DNA of 64,000 nt from Camelus ferus (taxonomy: Eukaryota). The position numbers and the translations under genes are program-made. Shown here one piece after another: positions 24,063 through 37,934 of the stretch; the stretch's first letter is position 1, and every line of letters begins with the position of its first letter. The DNA is taken from contig NC_045697.1 of the NCBI RefSeq assembly GCF_009834535.1, forward strand, positions 111,354,001 through 111,418,000. Reading direction: 5' to 3'. The notes below the pieces were generated by a model that searched no databases, was not told where the DNA came from, and was given only the letters and a program-made list of their open reading frames with translations.

Positions 24063-25230
24063 AATAAACCCACAAGGCTAAAGAAATTGAGCCAGACTAA
24101 GGAGCACTGCATATTTTCTGAAGAGTGATTTAGTGTTATCTCTTGCTGATGTATTTTTTAGCTACATCACTATGCAAAAGGAGCACTCAACAATTAAGTT
24201 TTAGGTTATTTAACATCCACTCCTAATATCACAAAGTAGAAATTGGGTAGAATGTACATTCTACTTATGAAATGGGAAGCCTCACAAGAAAAGGTGGCAA
24301 GCTCATGGTAAACTGGACCTGGGAAGGCAGTAAGGAGAGTTTCATTGTTAGCTCTTAATTTTAAAAATGTACCTGTACCCTCCCCCCCCAAAAAGGACAG
24401 TGGTTTACAAATTATCAAAAAAATGTTTTTAATAGACCTGGACCAACCTCATAGGCACTATGAACCACTCTTACACATGATTCTCAGTATGAGTTTAGAG
24501 TTTTTAAAGTCTCCCATGTGCATTACTGAAATACATAATATCTATTTTGATATATAGTATTCTTATTCTGTATTACAAAATATGCCAGTCTTTTAAATTT
24601 CCCAGCTATTGACAAACCACAAAATCTCCAAACTTTAAGGACGTTTTACCAAAGACTCTTCAAAAGTCAAAGTTTCCAATACCTAAAAAGTATTATCCTG
24701 TGTTTACAAAGACCTAACTCTTCCAAGGCCCCTGAGAATTGATCCAAAGCACGAAATTTCCTGAAGCAATAGCAATTAAGCTGAAAATATCTATCTGGTT
24801 AAAGTTTGCCGTGCCTGAAGCTTCACTGAACCTAATTAAAGAAAAGCAAGCATCACTGCCCCTCCCTGACACCACCAAGAAACAAGTTCCAAATGCAAAA
24901 GTGTGAGTGCAGGTAAGACACACATGGAGATATAAATGGGCCCCGATCAGGCACCAAAAGGCTGCCTCCACTTTTAAGCCATCTTGTACACAAACCTATA
25001 TAAATTCTATTATTTTTCCATTTTACCAGGGACCAAGATTGACCCAAGTTCACGACTTCTGTTTTCTCCCTTTTTCTTACCTAAGTATTCTTCAAGATCA
25101 CATTTCTCTTCAAACTAAACTTTTTCAAAAGTTACAGTCTTTTCCTGCCAGATATATATGCCAATGCCACACTGCATAGTTAGGGGATGTTCCTGTTCAG
25201 CGGATGTATTTCTACAGGCAAAATCACTTA

Positions 25231-25461
<231 letters not shown>

Positions 25462-27184
25462 TTAGAGATTAAAAGGATTATAAATGTGGCAATCATTTGT
25501 GGAATCACTCCACAGAAAAGACACAGAAAAGGTGAAAACAAGAACAAAAACCAACAACTGAAAGCTGGTCATATTCCAAGCATTTTGTGACTGTTTTCTT
25601 AGGAAGAAAAAAAAAAAAAGTGCAGTATTCCCCATGTCTATCTTTCTCAAACTTATAATAAAAAAAATTTCAATAGTGTTTATATTTCCTTAGAAGTTCT
25701 ACTTTTATGGGCTGCCAGCTTTCTTTCTTTGTAACTTGAAAACTAGCATACATATCATTTACAGATTTGGGGACATTTCCATCTGATCTTTGTTAATAAT
25801 AACTAAGGATAAAACAAGGAGAAAAGAAAATAGTTGAACCACAGAAGAGGGTTCTTTCTTTATGGTGGTTCAACTCTAGAAACATGTGGTCGATTTTATT
25901 TCCAGTTTTTGCTTACTATTTTTCCAATTCCCTTCAACTACTTCAAACATTGTTCCTATAAAAAAATTAAATTGGGTCTCTTTCAGATTTCACTGTCAAA
26001 TATCAGTTTACTTTGGGATGGTCATCTTAAATTTTAAAACAAAGGCAAAAGTTTCAGGAATTCATGCTGTCTTTTGAATGATTCATAGCCCCTCGTAACT
26101 TGGAAACAAAACAAAGGAGGAAAGAAATTTATACCAAAGCATTAACCTGAGCCAAAAGCTTGATACTTTTATGTGATGAGTTTTTAATAGCAACTAAGAA
26201 GATTCTCAAACTCCCAGGTACTTCTTTCATTTATTTATTTTTAATGCTTTTACTGGATATGAGATTGACATTGTTCTTCGGGACAGAAAATCTAAGAGCA
26301 TCAGTGGGGCCTGATGATTATAATCAGACTTTGTATCTGCATGTCTCTGTTCAGTATACGGATAGCTTCTGCATACACTATTTTATTGAGCTTCACAGCA
26401 TCCTCACTGGATAGGCAAAGATATCCATCCCCACTTTGCAGGGGTGAATCTGAGGGTTGGGGAGTTAATGACAAGTTCACACACTTAAGATTCAAATCCA
26501 GTCTGTGAAACTATAAACTCCACGTGATTTTCAGTATGTCAGGTTTAATGTATCAAAACCATACTATTTTTCACGTAGGTTACTCACAATTGTGGAGAAG
26601 TGTAATTTAGAATACGGCATTGTCTTTATTATTTGTTTGATTGGTTTATCTTATTCTCACTATGAAAGATGTTCATTGTCAAAAATGTAGAGGAGACAAA
26701 CACAAAGAAAGGAAATTAACATTACGCATAATTTTACCATGTAAAGATACCCACTCGCTAACATTTCATATATATCTTTCTCAGTCTTTTTCCAATGCAC
26801 TTACGTAATTTTTCAAATGTGCTCATTTATATACCAGTTTGTATACTACCTTTTTTGCTTGGCAACAGATAACACTTCTTCATGTCACTGAATATCCTTC
26901 TAAATTATTATTTTAATGGCTGAGTAGTATTCAATGTATGGTGTTGAATGTATGGTAAATATTCAATGTTCATTCTTAAACATGAATAAAGTAACAGCTA
27001 ATATTATTAAACACTTTCTGGTGACACACGGAATTTTCACATCTACCCTGTGAGATAGGGACTGCACATACCCCAGTTTAGAGATGAGTAAACTGAGACT
27101 CAGAGGAGTCAGGGAACAGCATGAGGCCACGCTGTTGGGAGCAGTCTAGCTGAGAGCCACTCCGCAAGCACTAGGAATCTCCAG

Positions 27185-27492
27185 TTGGTGGGAAGAGAGG
27201 GGGAAATGGGAAGATGTTGGTCAGAGGGTATAAACCTTCAGTTTTAGAACGAATTAGTTCTAAGGATCTAATGAATCCCCAGATGACTTAATAATACTGT
27301 ATTGTGTACTTGAAATTTGCTAAGAGAACAGATTACAAGTGTTCTCACCACTAAAGAAAAAAAAAGGTATCAATGTGATGTGATGGACATGTTAGCTTGA
27401 TTATGGTGACCGTTTCACAGCATGTGTATATATCAAATCATCACGCTGCACATCTATATGATTTTTATTTATCAATTATACTTCAATAAAAC
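27185..27492 (+). mobile_element. L1MA/L1MB 3' end
   Basis: gggtataaaccttcagtt...tgtacttgaaatttgctaagaga...atcaattatacttcaataaa. Confidence 0.75.
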
Positions 27493-27499
27493 GGGGGGC

Positions 27500-28430
27500 G
27501 GAGAATCTCCAATTGCTGGGTATAGACTTGTTTACTATGAAAAAAATGCTGCGAACACACTTGTAACTACTCTGTGCAGATCTATACTTTTTAAAGGGAA
27601 ATTTCCCTAGAAATGGAATGAGTTGACCAAACACTAAGCACATTTTTTAATTTTATAAAATGTACTCCGGACTGTCTCCCTGTAAGATACTACAATATAC
27701 CTAGCAACAGTGTATTTAGACCCATCATTTCTAATCACTCTGATCAACATTGGATTTGTATTTTTAAGTCTGTCATTTTGATACATGACAAACAGAATTT
27801 TTAAAATTTTCTTTCTCTGATTAACTAATAAAACTAAATCAGTTGTTTCATATGCTTAATGACCATTTCTGTTTACTCCTTGGTGACATATTTATTTATG
27901 GTTTAACAGACTTTTCTATTGAAATGTAAATATTTCCTTATTAATTTGCAAGAGTTGTTTATTTAGTAAAAATATTAACCTGTATCTACTACATCTATAG
28001 GTATTTTCCAAGTTCATTATTACCTTTCAGATTTAAGAATATTAATCATTAAAATGCAAAACATTAAGATATTTATGTTGCCAAATCTACTGGCCTTTTT
28101 TTGTGGTCTTTTCCTCTCCCTTTATATTTCATCTTTATTCAGTAAGTATTAAGTGGCCGGCCACCATGTGCCAGTTTTCTATATAAGGGATTCAGAAAGC
28201 TCTGTCCCCCTAGAAAAACAATATATTTACCAAAAAATTTTACTAGGTCCATAATTTTTCTATTTAAGTTGTAATGCATCTAGATTTTATTTTGATCTAT
28301 GCTGATATTTGTGAGATGGATTTGTCTCAATTCCATGTATTGAATAAGCTTTTCTCTCTACAATAATCTGAAACACTCCCTTATTACATACTAAATTCTT
28401 ATGCACACTTAGATTTGTTTCTAAAGTTTA
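27500..28430 (-). mobile_element. Ancient L1ME-like fragment
   Basis: Degenerate antisense ORF2 phrases (tttccctagaaatggaatg, tttctctgattaactaat, ttcatatgcttaatgaccatt). Confidence 0.55.
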
Positions 28431-28456
28431 AATTAATTTAAATCAACTCCAGTTTA

Positions 28457-28594
28457 GAGGGAGGGTATAAATCAGTGGTAGAGTGCATGCTTAGCATGCA
28501 TGAGGTCCTGGGGTTCAACCCCCAGTAACTCCATTAAAAATAAATAAACCTAATTACCTCCCCCCACAAAAAACAAAGCAAAACAAACAAAAAG
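28457..28594 (+). mobile_element. tRNA-derived camelid SINE (vic-1-like)
   Basis: gagggtataaatcagtggtagagtgcatgcttagcatgcatgaggtcctggggttcaacccccag with A/B boxes and an A-rich tail; TSD tccagttta at 28448-28456 and 28597-28605. Confidence 0.85.
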
Positions 28595-30037
28595 AATCCA
28601 GTTTAAGTTCTGGTTTAAATCAACCTTAATATAAATAACATAGGGCATTTAATTAAAAAAATCTATAATGCATATGATTTGTTTGCAATGAATTTATGGT
28701 TTATTAAGTTCAATCAATTAAAAATGGCATCAATACTATATGATGTGGGTTTAGAGCACATTCTTCCATAATATTCTGTTCAAAGTTTTTCTTTTTCTGC
28801 TCAGTCTCTTTACGGCCCTCTTGCTTGTACATCTGCCGCATTCTCCTTATTTATTCAGACCCAGTGATTGATACTGACAAATGTTTCACTGAGTTCAGAA
28901 GAGACAGAAGTCTCTGGTGTGGAGAATCATCGAGGACTTCAGGAAGGAAGAGGGACTTCATAATGTCTCGGGGAGAAAATAAGGTAGATGTGAGCAGGGA
29001 AGCAATGAAATACTCCCTGGGCCGAAGGGCAGGTTTGAGTGTGAGCCCAGGGGGCAAAGCCATCCTGTAAAGGACTGTACTCCCATATTTATTATTCACC
29101 TGAAAGGGTTCAAAATGGCAAGTTTCCATATGTGCATATGTTGATTCAAGCATAATGAATAATTTTGAAGGATACATACCAAAATGTGAATGGTAGTCAT
29201 TTAAGAATGTAGGGTAATGGGTCATTTTACTCCTTATTTATATTTGCTCTATCTTTTTGATTATAATGAAAATATTAATTTTTTAATAAAGTTTTTAAAC
29301 GAACTATTTTTTAAACAGATTTAAAGACACATACTACACAAAGTCAGAGTGGCGATTAGGTTTAGCCTTCTGTTAGCTCTTACACATTTACTATTGCTAA
29401 TATCCATGACCAGATCTTCAAGCAAGCAAACTCCACAATTTGATCAATTAACCTTAGTTTCTCTATGACTATTAATAGAGTCTATTAGACTGACTAAAGC
29501 TGAAAACTCCTGGGTACTATAATCACGTACTTAACTAATCCACAGAAAAGGTTCTGGAGCACTCCTGACATGGAACTCAGTAGAGCTGAGAGTCAATTAT
29601 GACCTATCTTTAAAACTTTCATTTAAAGTCTGTAAATATAGCTCAAATGTTATACTCTATAATGATGGCTTTGGCTCTTAAAATATATTGAAGCTATACT
29701 TAATCCATTTTCTTCACAGCTCTATCCATTAAAGACAAGTATAAATTCAGAACTTATTTGATTTATTTTAATCACTCTGTTTTCATGCAATCAAGAGCCA
29801 AGGCTCATGTACGGAGCCTAGGTAACAGTGGAGGGGACCAGGCTGAAGAGCTCCTGAGCACAAGAGAAATGACTCAGCAGGAACGCTGGGGAGCAGGAGA
29901 GAGCTTGTACTCAGAGAGGTTCAGAACAGCAAGGAATGTGTCTAGAGGAGCTGGTAAAAATGTAGGTTCCTTTCCATCATTCACTCGCATAGCATACACC
30001 CCCCAAACTTCCTGATTCAGCACTCATGGGAATCTGC

Positions 30038-30563
30038 GGTTTTTTTATCGAGGTATAGTTGATGTAAAATATTATATGTTTCAGGTGTATAAAGTAGTGA
30101 TTCACAATTTTTAAACGCTATACTCCATTTACAGTTATTATAAAATATTGGTTAGATTCCTTGTGCTGTACAATATATCTCTGTAACTTACTTATTTTGT
30201 AAATTCGTACATTTGTGTATGGGTATATATATATATACATTTTATACATTTGTATCTCTTAATCTCTTACCCCTATCTTGCCCCTCCCCTTTTCTCTCTC
30301 CCCACTGATAACCATTGGTTTGTTCTCTGTATCTGTGAGTCTGTTTCTTTTTTGTTATATTCACTAGTTTGTTTTATTTTTTAGATTGTCTGACTTATTT
30401 TGGTAGGCATAATACCCTCCAAGTCCATCCATGTTGTTGCAAATGGCAAAATTTCTTTTTTATGGCTGAGTAGTATTCCATTGTGTATATATATCACATC
30501 TTCTTTATATTCATCTGTTGATGGACACTTAGGTTGCTTCCATATCTTGGCTATTGTTAATAA
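30038..30563 (-). mobile_element. Artiodactyl L1 3' end, 5'-truncated, inserted in a MER5-like relic
   Basis: Reverse complement of the 22400-22790 type 3' end; TSD core ggaatctgc at 30029-30037 and 30564-30572. Confidence 0.85.
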
Positions 30564-30624
30564 GGAATCTGCATTTTTTTAACCCCTGATTCCTGCAACC
30601 CTAGAAATTTACAAACCACTCTTA

Positions 30625-30970
30625 AGGATACAGAGAATAGATTGGTGGCTGCCAGAGGCAGGAGGTTGAAGGTGGGTGAAAGGGGTGAAGGGGGGTCAAA
30701 AGGTACAAACTTCCAGTTACAAAATAAATAAGTCCTAGGCATGTCATGTACAGCATGGAGACTATAGTTAGCAATACTGTATTGTACATTTGAAAGTTGC
30801 TAAGAGAGTAGATCTTAAAAGCTCTCACCACAAGGGAAAAAAATGTGTAACTATGTGCAGTGATGGGTATTAATTGGACTTATGGTGATCAATTCACAAT
30901 ATATACATATATAGAACCTCAAACTAAAATAGCATTACATGTCAATTATACCTCAATAAAAATAAATACA
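30625..30970 (+). mobile_element. L1MA-type 3' end
   Basis: aaaggtacaaacttccagttacaaaataaataagtcc...gtcaattatacctcaataaaaataaa. Confidence 0.8.
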
Positions 30971-33962
30971 TACATACATACCTGCATACATACACACCTC
31001 TATAAGGCTAAGAAGAAGTGAGGAAGGCAGGATGTGTAACAACACTCATGAAATGCTTACTATACACCTTGTACCAGGCTGGGTCCAAAAAGTCTCGGTC
31101 TAACTGACAAAGACGGGGAAAGGAGACGGACCAGATGTGGGCAATACCCACCCATGACTCAAGCAGTTTACTGAAGATTTCATATAACGTAAACAAATCT
31201 TGTTTCTGTTCCAGAAAAGAGACTAAAATTTAATTTGTATGTATTTCCCTTTATTTTACCTTTACCCAGAAAAAGCATTGGCATTGAGATTTTTTTAATA
31301 AAAGCTCTAATTTTTAAGTACCATGAACAGGCATCTTTTTTTAAAGTATTCCTTAAACTAGATGTATGGAGACATCCAATATAAAGATTATGCAAATATC
31401 AAACAGATTCCACTGGGGGAGGGGAAGATGGTGCTGGCCAAAAATAATGCCATTTGCACCAAGGCTGCTAATCAAAGATCCTGTCAGCATGAGTTTATTT
31501 CACGAGTCTTCTATGATAAGGTGATAGGATTTATTTTTCTCGTTTCTCAGATTTAACAGACAGCACTGGGGAAAGTTTGGGGGTGTATATCCCCACTGGG
31601 CTAACAGAACAGTTCTTCATTTCTGTCTTATGCCTCATAGCTTATCACGCAGGGCGACCTGCTTTCACCTCTGGTTACCCCAGCCCTCTGCTCTGCCAGC
31701 TCTCCCTTCTCCCAGGGAAGATGGTTTGGGGGCTGCGAAATTGCAAATCTATGACTCACAAGCAGGCATGTGTAAGTCATTCACTTCTCAGGTTCTGCCA
31801 AAATCCTCAGCCCCTGGCAGCCCTATTGCCAGACCAGTCCCCGCTTGTAGGTTCAGCCCAGGTTTCTGGAATGAATCCTAAACACTGGCAGGAGAATTTT
31901 AAGAACTTTAGGCCAATGATCTGAGACTCCCTCTCTCCTGGGTCCTCTCCCCAGGGTCCCAACCACATGCTGAGGGCATGTCAGGAACTAGGAGGTGGAC
32001 TTTCAGACACTGTGACCTGCTTGCCAGGCTGGACTGGACTCATTTGTAACAGGCTGTCAGCCTGCTATGTGTCAGACTCAAACAGGATTTGTAATTCCTG
32101 CAATCGAGGGATTCAAGTCTAGACTGAAAAAGAAAAACAGCTGTATAAACAAATGATTATAACACATATAAAGCTCTATGTAACTACAAGCACTATCCTG
32201 GAAGTACATGTGAAGAACACAAAGGAAGACTCCACAGGATGCATCTGGAAGAGCAGCGGAAGGCTTCACGGAGGAGGTGACGTGGGAGGAGAGGCAAAAG
32301 CACTGTAGACAGCTGGAACAGCAGCACATACGAAGACGTAAAAGTATTAGAAAATGGTACGCTTAGGGAGCAGAAAGGAGTGTGTGGACCGGAGTATATG
32401 GAATATCAAAGCCAGGTTAAGGAGTGAGTGAGCTGGCGGCTGCCGGGGGCCACGGGAAACTTGAATGGCCCTGGAACTACAATAAATAGAGACACTGTTC
32501 TTTCCAAGTTCTCACTTAGGAAAGATCCTAGGAGAAGTTGATCAGCCAGAGCAGAATTGCCTGGAAAGACGCAAGATGCACTGAGAGCTGCCCCCGGCAG
32601 TCCCCACCATTCAGCCCTGATGGGCTCGCCAGCCTCCACAGAACTGAAAACAGTACTCAACAGGATTGGTTTGAAGGCACCAAGTGTTTAGCGGGTGTGT
32701 CAGTGTGTCTATCTCGCTCAGTGGTACTTACCAGAGTACTCAGGAATTATGCTGACGCGGTAATAACAATTCTAAGTCCCAACCTCAAGCGTTTTACATG
32801 AACTAATGCATTCAGTCCTCATAACCACCTGTGAGGTGGATACTACTGTTAGTCATCTCCCTATTTCGGGTGAAGCAGCAGAAGCACAGAGTGGTCAAAC
32901 AACTTTCCAAAACTCACACAGCAAGAGTGGAACTGGGCTTTTAACCAAGGTAGATGGTTAAAGTCTTCACACTAAGGTATCATGCGATTCTGACATTCTG
33001 AGTTTTTACTTTATCCTCTGGGCAGTGGAGAGCTGGCAAGTTTAGGATTTTTTTAAGCCACAGAGCAATAATCTGTGTATGAAGATCACTCTGGAGAAAT
33101 TTCAGAAGATAGAAGAGTTGGGAGGGGCTGGACCCAAACCAAGAATGGGGGCCACCTACCTCATCAGAGCAGGTGACAGAGCCTGAGTTTGCAGAGGAGG
33201 GGAAGACTGAAGGGTGTCAGAAGGCCAAATCGCTGAGATCTGGAAGCATGGCTAGTGAGTGGTGACAGAGATGGAAAAATCAAGGCTCTGATGTTCGAAT
33301 AAATGAGTGAACAGTGTTTTCTTAGGGAAAGACTTGTTCCTGATCATGTTGAGCTTGAGGCCCTGGGTGTCACCAGATAAAGGGGTTCGGTGAGCAAGTA
33401 AAAGAGAGAAACAGAGCTCCATGGAGACCGGGAGTTGGGGGTGAGGTCTGGGAGACTCTGTATAAGTGATGTCACTGAAGGTCCAAGGGGATGGAAAGCA
33501 AGGGAGAGAGTTGGGGCAGCAGAGGGGCCCTGAAGGCCAGCGTTTAAGCCAAGGCAGAAGAAGCAGGGAAAGAAACTGAGTAGTGATTTGAAAGGCAGCA
33601 TAAGAGGTAGGGGGAGTTGTGCAAAGCAAAGGAGGAAAAAGTTCTGGAAAAGAAGAAAAACTGCTGTGTGAAATGCTATTGGCGGACCTGATCAGATATG
33701 CTGACAAAGGGCCTCTGAACAGGCTGGAAAGACTTTCTAAACCCCCCACGACTGGCTTCCTCCCTCCTGTCCCCATCCCTACCCCCCACCTCCCTACACA
33801 CCTGGCTAGTCCTAGGGGCAGGACTAACCTCCAGGCCCCAGGGGTTCCAGCCTTGGCTTTCACAGCTCCACTGAACCCTCCACAAGCTTTCACAGGACTC
33901 CTGTGTCCTCCACTAGGAGAGAGATACAGACATATTTCATGAAAACCATACATGTCCTCTAC

Positions 33963-34130
33963 CTTTGTGTTTTGATCCACAATTTTCTTCAGATTTTTCA
34001 GCAGATGATTATTTGGACCACCTTCTTTCTCATTAACATAAACTATCCTGTCCAGGTCAGGAAAGTTCCGGTTCAGATCTATTCCCTGGGCATTGCTTCG
34101 ACCCACGAACCAGTCCTTGAGCTCACCAGG
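33963..34130 (-). CDS. CPE: Carboxypeptidase E, exon 3 (168 nt)
   Basis: [56 protein letters not shown], with the substrate-binding NRNF motif. tttag acceptor, gtagag donor, phase 0/0. Confidence 0.98.
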
Positions 34131-35396
34131 CTAAAAAAATATCAGAGGAAAGTCATCAGTTTATTATCATTGCTACCATTATTTAAGGTCTTCATTAATG
34201 ATTTTTATAATAATTACTTAAGATTATTCATTTCAATAATCTCTTCCTACAATGGCATTTTCACTTTCTTACTGATACACACATGAAGGTATCAGGTTTA
34301 AAGTATTTGTCATGGATATTTTGATAACATTTTCAATAAATAATACTTTAAATATTAATAATTATAATAATTCAAAGATATTTAACATCAAACTACAGAA
34401 ACAGTCCATATGAGTTAATTAATAATAGATGGTGCGTCTCATAGCACACCACTGTGTACTTGGTTTAAGTAAAATACTCACTGCCTCTGAAATCCACAGC
34501 AATCTACTTTTAAATATTCAAAAGAATAGTTACTAAAGGTCAGATGCTTAAAATGAGTTTCACATAAATTATTTACATATTAATAATATACCTCTCTCAT
34601 AGTCTCTGTGAAAAAAAATATGAGCTCTAGAACTTTTGTTTCAACTTTGTAAGTTGAAAAATTTCTGTTCAATTTTAAACCCTTCATTTCACGAATGATA
34701 GAATCTGAAAATTTTAATAAATTTCCAATATTCAGGTAAATTCCATAATGAAGATTTCCTTGTTTTGCTATTAAATTATACTAAATCTATAGTATAAATT
34801 CCCATATTCCTAAAGTCATGTAAGCTCAGATTGTGCAGAATAAAATCTTAAATTGTGCAGAATAAAAACCTGTAAGACAGAAAATAGCAATGATAATTTT
34901 GTGTCCATCCGGTCTTATAGATCTGAATATCACCTTAAAACAGTAAATAATTTCATTCTCTAAGTTACTGTAATTTGTCGCTCACAACTTTAGAAATTGT
35001 ATGAATGTTGTATTTACAGAAATTCACTATCTGGGTTTCTTACAAGGCCAAACTATCAGGTTACTGTATCTTATATTTTTAAAGTGCAAATCAACTTCTT
35101 AACTGTAGATTAACTTACTAAATACAGACTTTAATTTGTTCCCATAAGAAAATTATTTCAAATTGTAACAAGGAATAAAATGTCCTCCACCCCTGTCCAA
35201 ACAAAGAAGGAAGCACGTATCATACATCTTCTCTGAAAACATCATTACTTTCCAGCTTCTCTAACAGTAAAGATGTATCGAATTGGTTTTTGTTTAGAAG
35301 TAGGAGGGTTTTGTTGTTTTTTTTTTACTTTATTCATCATATAAAAGCAAGGATTAAACAGTGAAACGTTATGTAGCCAAAAATCTTTATTCCTTG

Positions 35397-35415
35397 GCTC
35401 CAGTAGAGGGCGCTA
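35397..35415 (+). promoter_or_regulatory. Candidate CTCF site
   Basis: gctCCAGTAGAGGGCGCta matches the CTCF core CCASYAGRKGGCRS; its CpG is retained in an AT-rich intron. Confidence 0.65.
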
Positions 35416-35799
35416 TAACATCGCCTAATTCAGAGTCAACAAAGGCCTCACTCTTCACTACATGGCTGTAGGTTATTTTTTCAGACTTCTAGATTTTTAG
35501 AAAGAAATTTATCTAGTCGCAAAGGTGAATGAATAAATGTGATTTACTTAACAATGAAAATAAAGTATTAATTAAATATTGACTTAACAACAAAATTTCT
35601 CATTTGCAATCTCTGCTGAAGAAACCCACCCAGTACCCCTTACCTTCGGAATTTTTTCCTTATCAGCAAATTGAATACCTCACCACTTACACCCTCCCCT
35701 GCACCCTGCCAGCTTCGTGCGCGCACATTCCTTATAGATGAGCACACAGATGAGACAGACGTAAAATAACGCGAGCGCCCTGCTGTGGGCCGCACACAC

Positions 35800-35996
35800 C
35801 TGGGATGCTGCCTTCTCAAAGCCGTCTGGGTTGAGGGAAGGCATGATGTGGATCCGCGTGTTGTGGATCAGCTGGACCACTGTCTCATTCCCCTTCTGGT
35901 ATTCGTTGCACAGGTACTGCGCCAGGAAAATGAGCAGCTCCCGTCCAACGGCCTCATTGCCATGCATGTTCCCGATGTATTTAAATTCAGGCTCAC
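35800..35996 (-). CDS. CPE: Carboxypeptidase E, exon 2 (197 nt)
   Basis: Encodes (G)[65 protein letters not shown], including the M14 HxxE zinc motif (HGNE). Acceptor tag at 35999-35997; donor gtgtgt after 35800. Confidence 0.98.
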
Positions 35997-36209
35997 CTAA
36001 AAGCCCAAAAATAGATAGCATGCAGACTCCATAGCACCAAACACAAGGCAAATGGCATACAGCGCAAAAAGTATCATACAGTTACTAATCTATTACACAC
36101 AGCTGGTAACTTCTTTGCCCTCCAGAATTGATGCCTAAGAAATCCACCTTAAAAATAAAATACTCCCAATGCCCCTTCGATCCTAATTCTCTCTCCCCAG
36201 CTTCCCACC

Positions 36210-36621
36210 TGTTACGCCCTGAATTGTGCCCTTCCCAGCCCCCAATTCATATATTGAAACTCTAAGTTCCAATGTGACTGTATTTGGAGATAAGGCCTTT
36301 AAGGAGGTAATTAAAGTCAAATGAAGTCATAATCCAAAAGGTCTGTTGTCCTTATAAGAAAAGGAATAGACACCAAAGATCCCCCCCGCTTCCATCTCTG
36401 TCTGTCTGTCTGTCTGTCTGTCTGTCCCTCTCTCCACAAGCATGAAGAAAAGGCAATGTGAGTCCACAGAGAGCAGGCAGCTGCCTACAAGCCAGGAAGT
36501 GGGACCTCATCAGAAACCAATGCTGCTGGCACCTGGATCTTGGACTTCCAGCTTCCAGAACCGTGAGAAAATAAATGCCTGTTGTGGTATTTTGTTATGG
36601 CAGCCCGAGCAGACAATCACA
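36210..36621 (+). mobile_element. MLT1A/B-type MaLR LTR with (TCTG)n
   Basis: tgtt...gaattgtgccc...aatgtgactgtatttggagataaggcctttaaggagg...ggacttccagcttccagaaccgtgagaaaataaa...gcagcccgagcagac; 5-bp TSD ccacc once the next LTR is removed. Confidence 0.85.
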
Positions 36622-36622
36622 C

Positions 36623-37173
36623 TGTTAGGTGGTTAGGTAAGTGGGGGCACCAGGCAGACAGGTGCAGGCGAGGGAGGACGGTCCAGGAGATGGTGGTGTG
36701 CCCACCTCCAGCATAAAGAGGCTTTACTTCCTCTAAATGAGAGCCAGCCAGAAACCAGTTAGAACCTGACAGCCGCAACTGTGTGGTAGCGACAAGGACC
36801 TAACCAGACATGACCCAGTACTCATTGTAATATAATTACCATTGTGGTTTAGGCCCCCACCCCATGGATTTTTCCTGTGTGCATCATGGGTAAGGACATG
36901 CACAAAAGGGGACAAACATGACTGGGCACTCCAGGGGCAAGAACTGTCAATCAATCAAGAGACCACCTCCAAGCGAGAGTGTAAGGGTAAGGGCAAAGAC
37001 CATCGCTACCCGCCCTTGGATCAGCCCGCCTCCCATTCTTGGAGGGGTGCTTTCCCTTTGCTAATAAATCCTTTAAAATGTTTCACTACACAACACTTTA
37101 CCTCCTGTCTGAATTCTTCTCTTTCTGGTGAGACAATAACTGGGGTCTTTTCCTTTCCCCTTTTAGGCTAACA
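36623..37173 (+). mobile_element. ERV1-type solo LTR (copy 3)
   Basis: TGTTAGGTGGTTAG...GCTAACA; TSD acac/atac; colinear with 95-639. Confidence 0.85.
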
Positions 37174-37419
37174 ATACCACCCCACCCCTAATAATTCATA
37201 ATAATACATCATGTGCCTCCTATCAATTAAACACAGAACTTTCATGTTTTCTTACTTAGTCTTCGTCAAACATCTAAAAACAGGTATTAGCCATCTTTAA
37301 GGTGAGCAAACTGAAGGTCAGACGTGGAAGAGGCCAGGCCTCAGTCACGCAGCTAATGAAGCCAGGATTCAAATGCTAGCCTTCTCATCTAGTTACAAAT
37401 CTATACTTTTTTTTTTTCC

Positions 37420-37665
37420 CAATCATAGTGACTAAAAGCATTAACTTCTAGAGCCAGTCTTTGTGGTTCAAATCCTGGCACCAATTATCACTGGCTGGCC
37501 TTCAGTAGTTACTTTAGCTCTCTGTGGCTCTGTTTCCCCATCTATAAATGAGATACTAGATTCTACCTCATAAAGTTATAAGAACTAAGTAAAATAATGC
37601 ATCTAAATGCTTAGAACAGTGCCTGGCAAAAAAAAAAGTGCTATGTATTTGCTATCATTATTTTT
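37420..37665 (+). mobile_element. MIR SINE
   Basis: gttcaaatcctggcacc...ctctgtttccccatctataaatgag...gcttagaacagtgcctggca. Confidence 0.75.
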
Positions 37666-37934
37666 CGTATTACTTTTACATCATATTATCTTGTCATTAC
37701 CACACGTAATCTAGCATTCTCTTTATAACAGCCCACTAAAACACAGAAAGGTATTTTTATTATTGTTATTGTAGAAATCAGCCAAAGAGGGTAAGTTCTG
37801 CTGAAGGACCCAGAATGCAAACATAAATCATAAATGCCTGTTTCGTTGCAGTTTAGGAGGAGGAATAAAATTGCAGAGCACAGCAGCCAAGTAATCTCAG
37901 TCCTCTTGTTCTGCTCCTTTCTGTTTCATCCATC

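Noticed and set aside
33252..34106. 284-aa ORF on the minus strand
   Set aside because: Only the first ~48 codons are CPE exon 3. The rest is read-through past the gtagag donor into intron and L2-like sequence with no protein character.
34830..34868. Short tandem duplications (attgtgcagaataaaa x2; similar ones at about 11106-11150 and 15117-15145)
   Set aside because: Ordinary slippage duplications with no sign of function.
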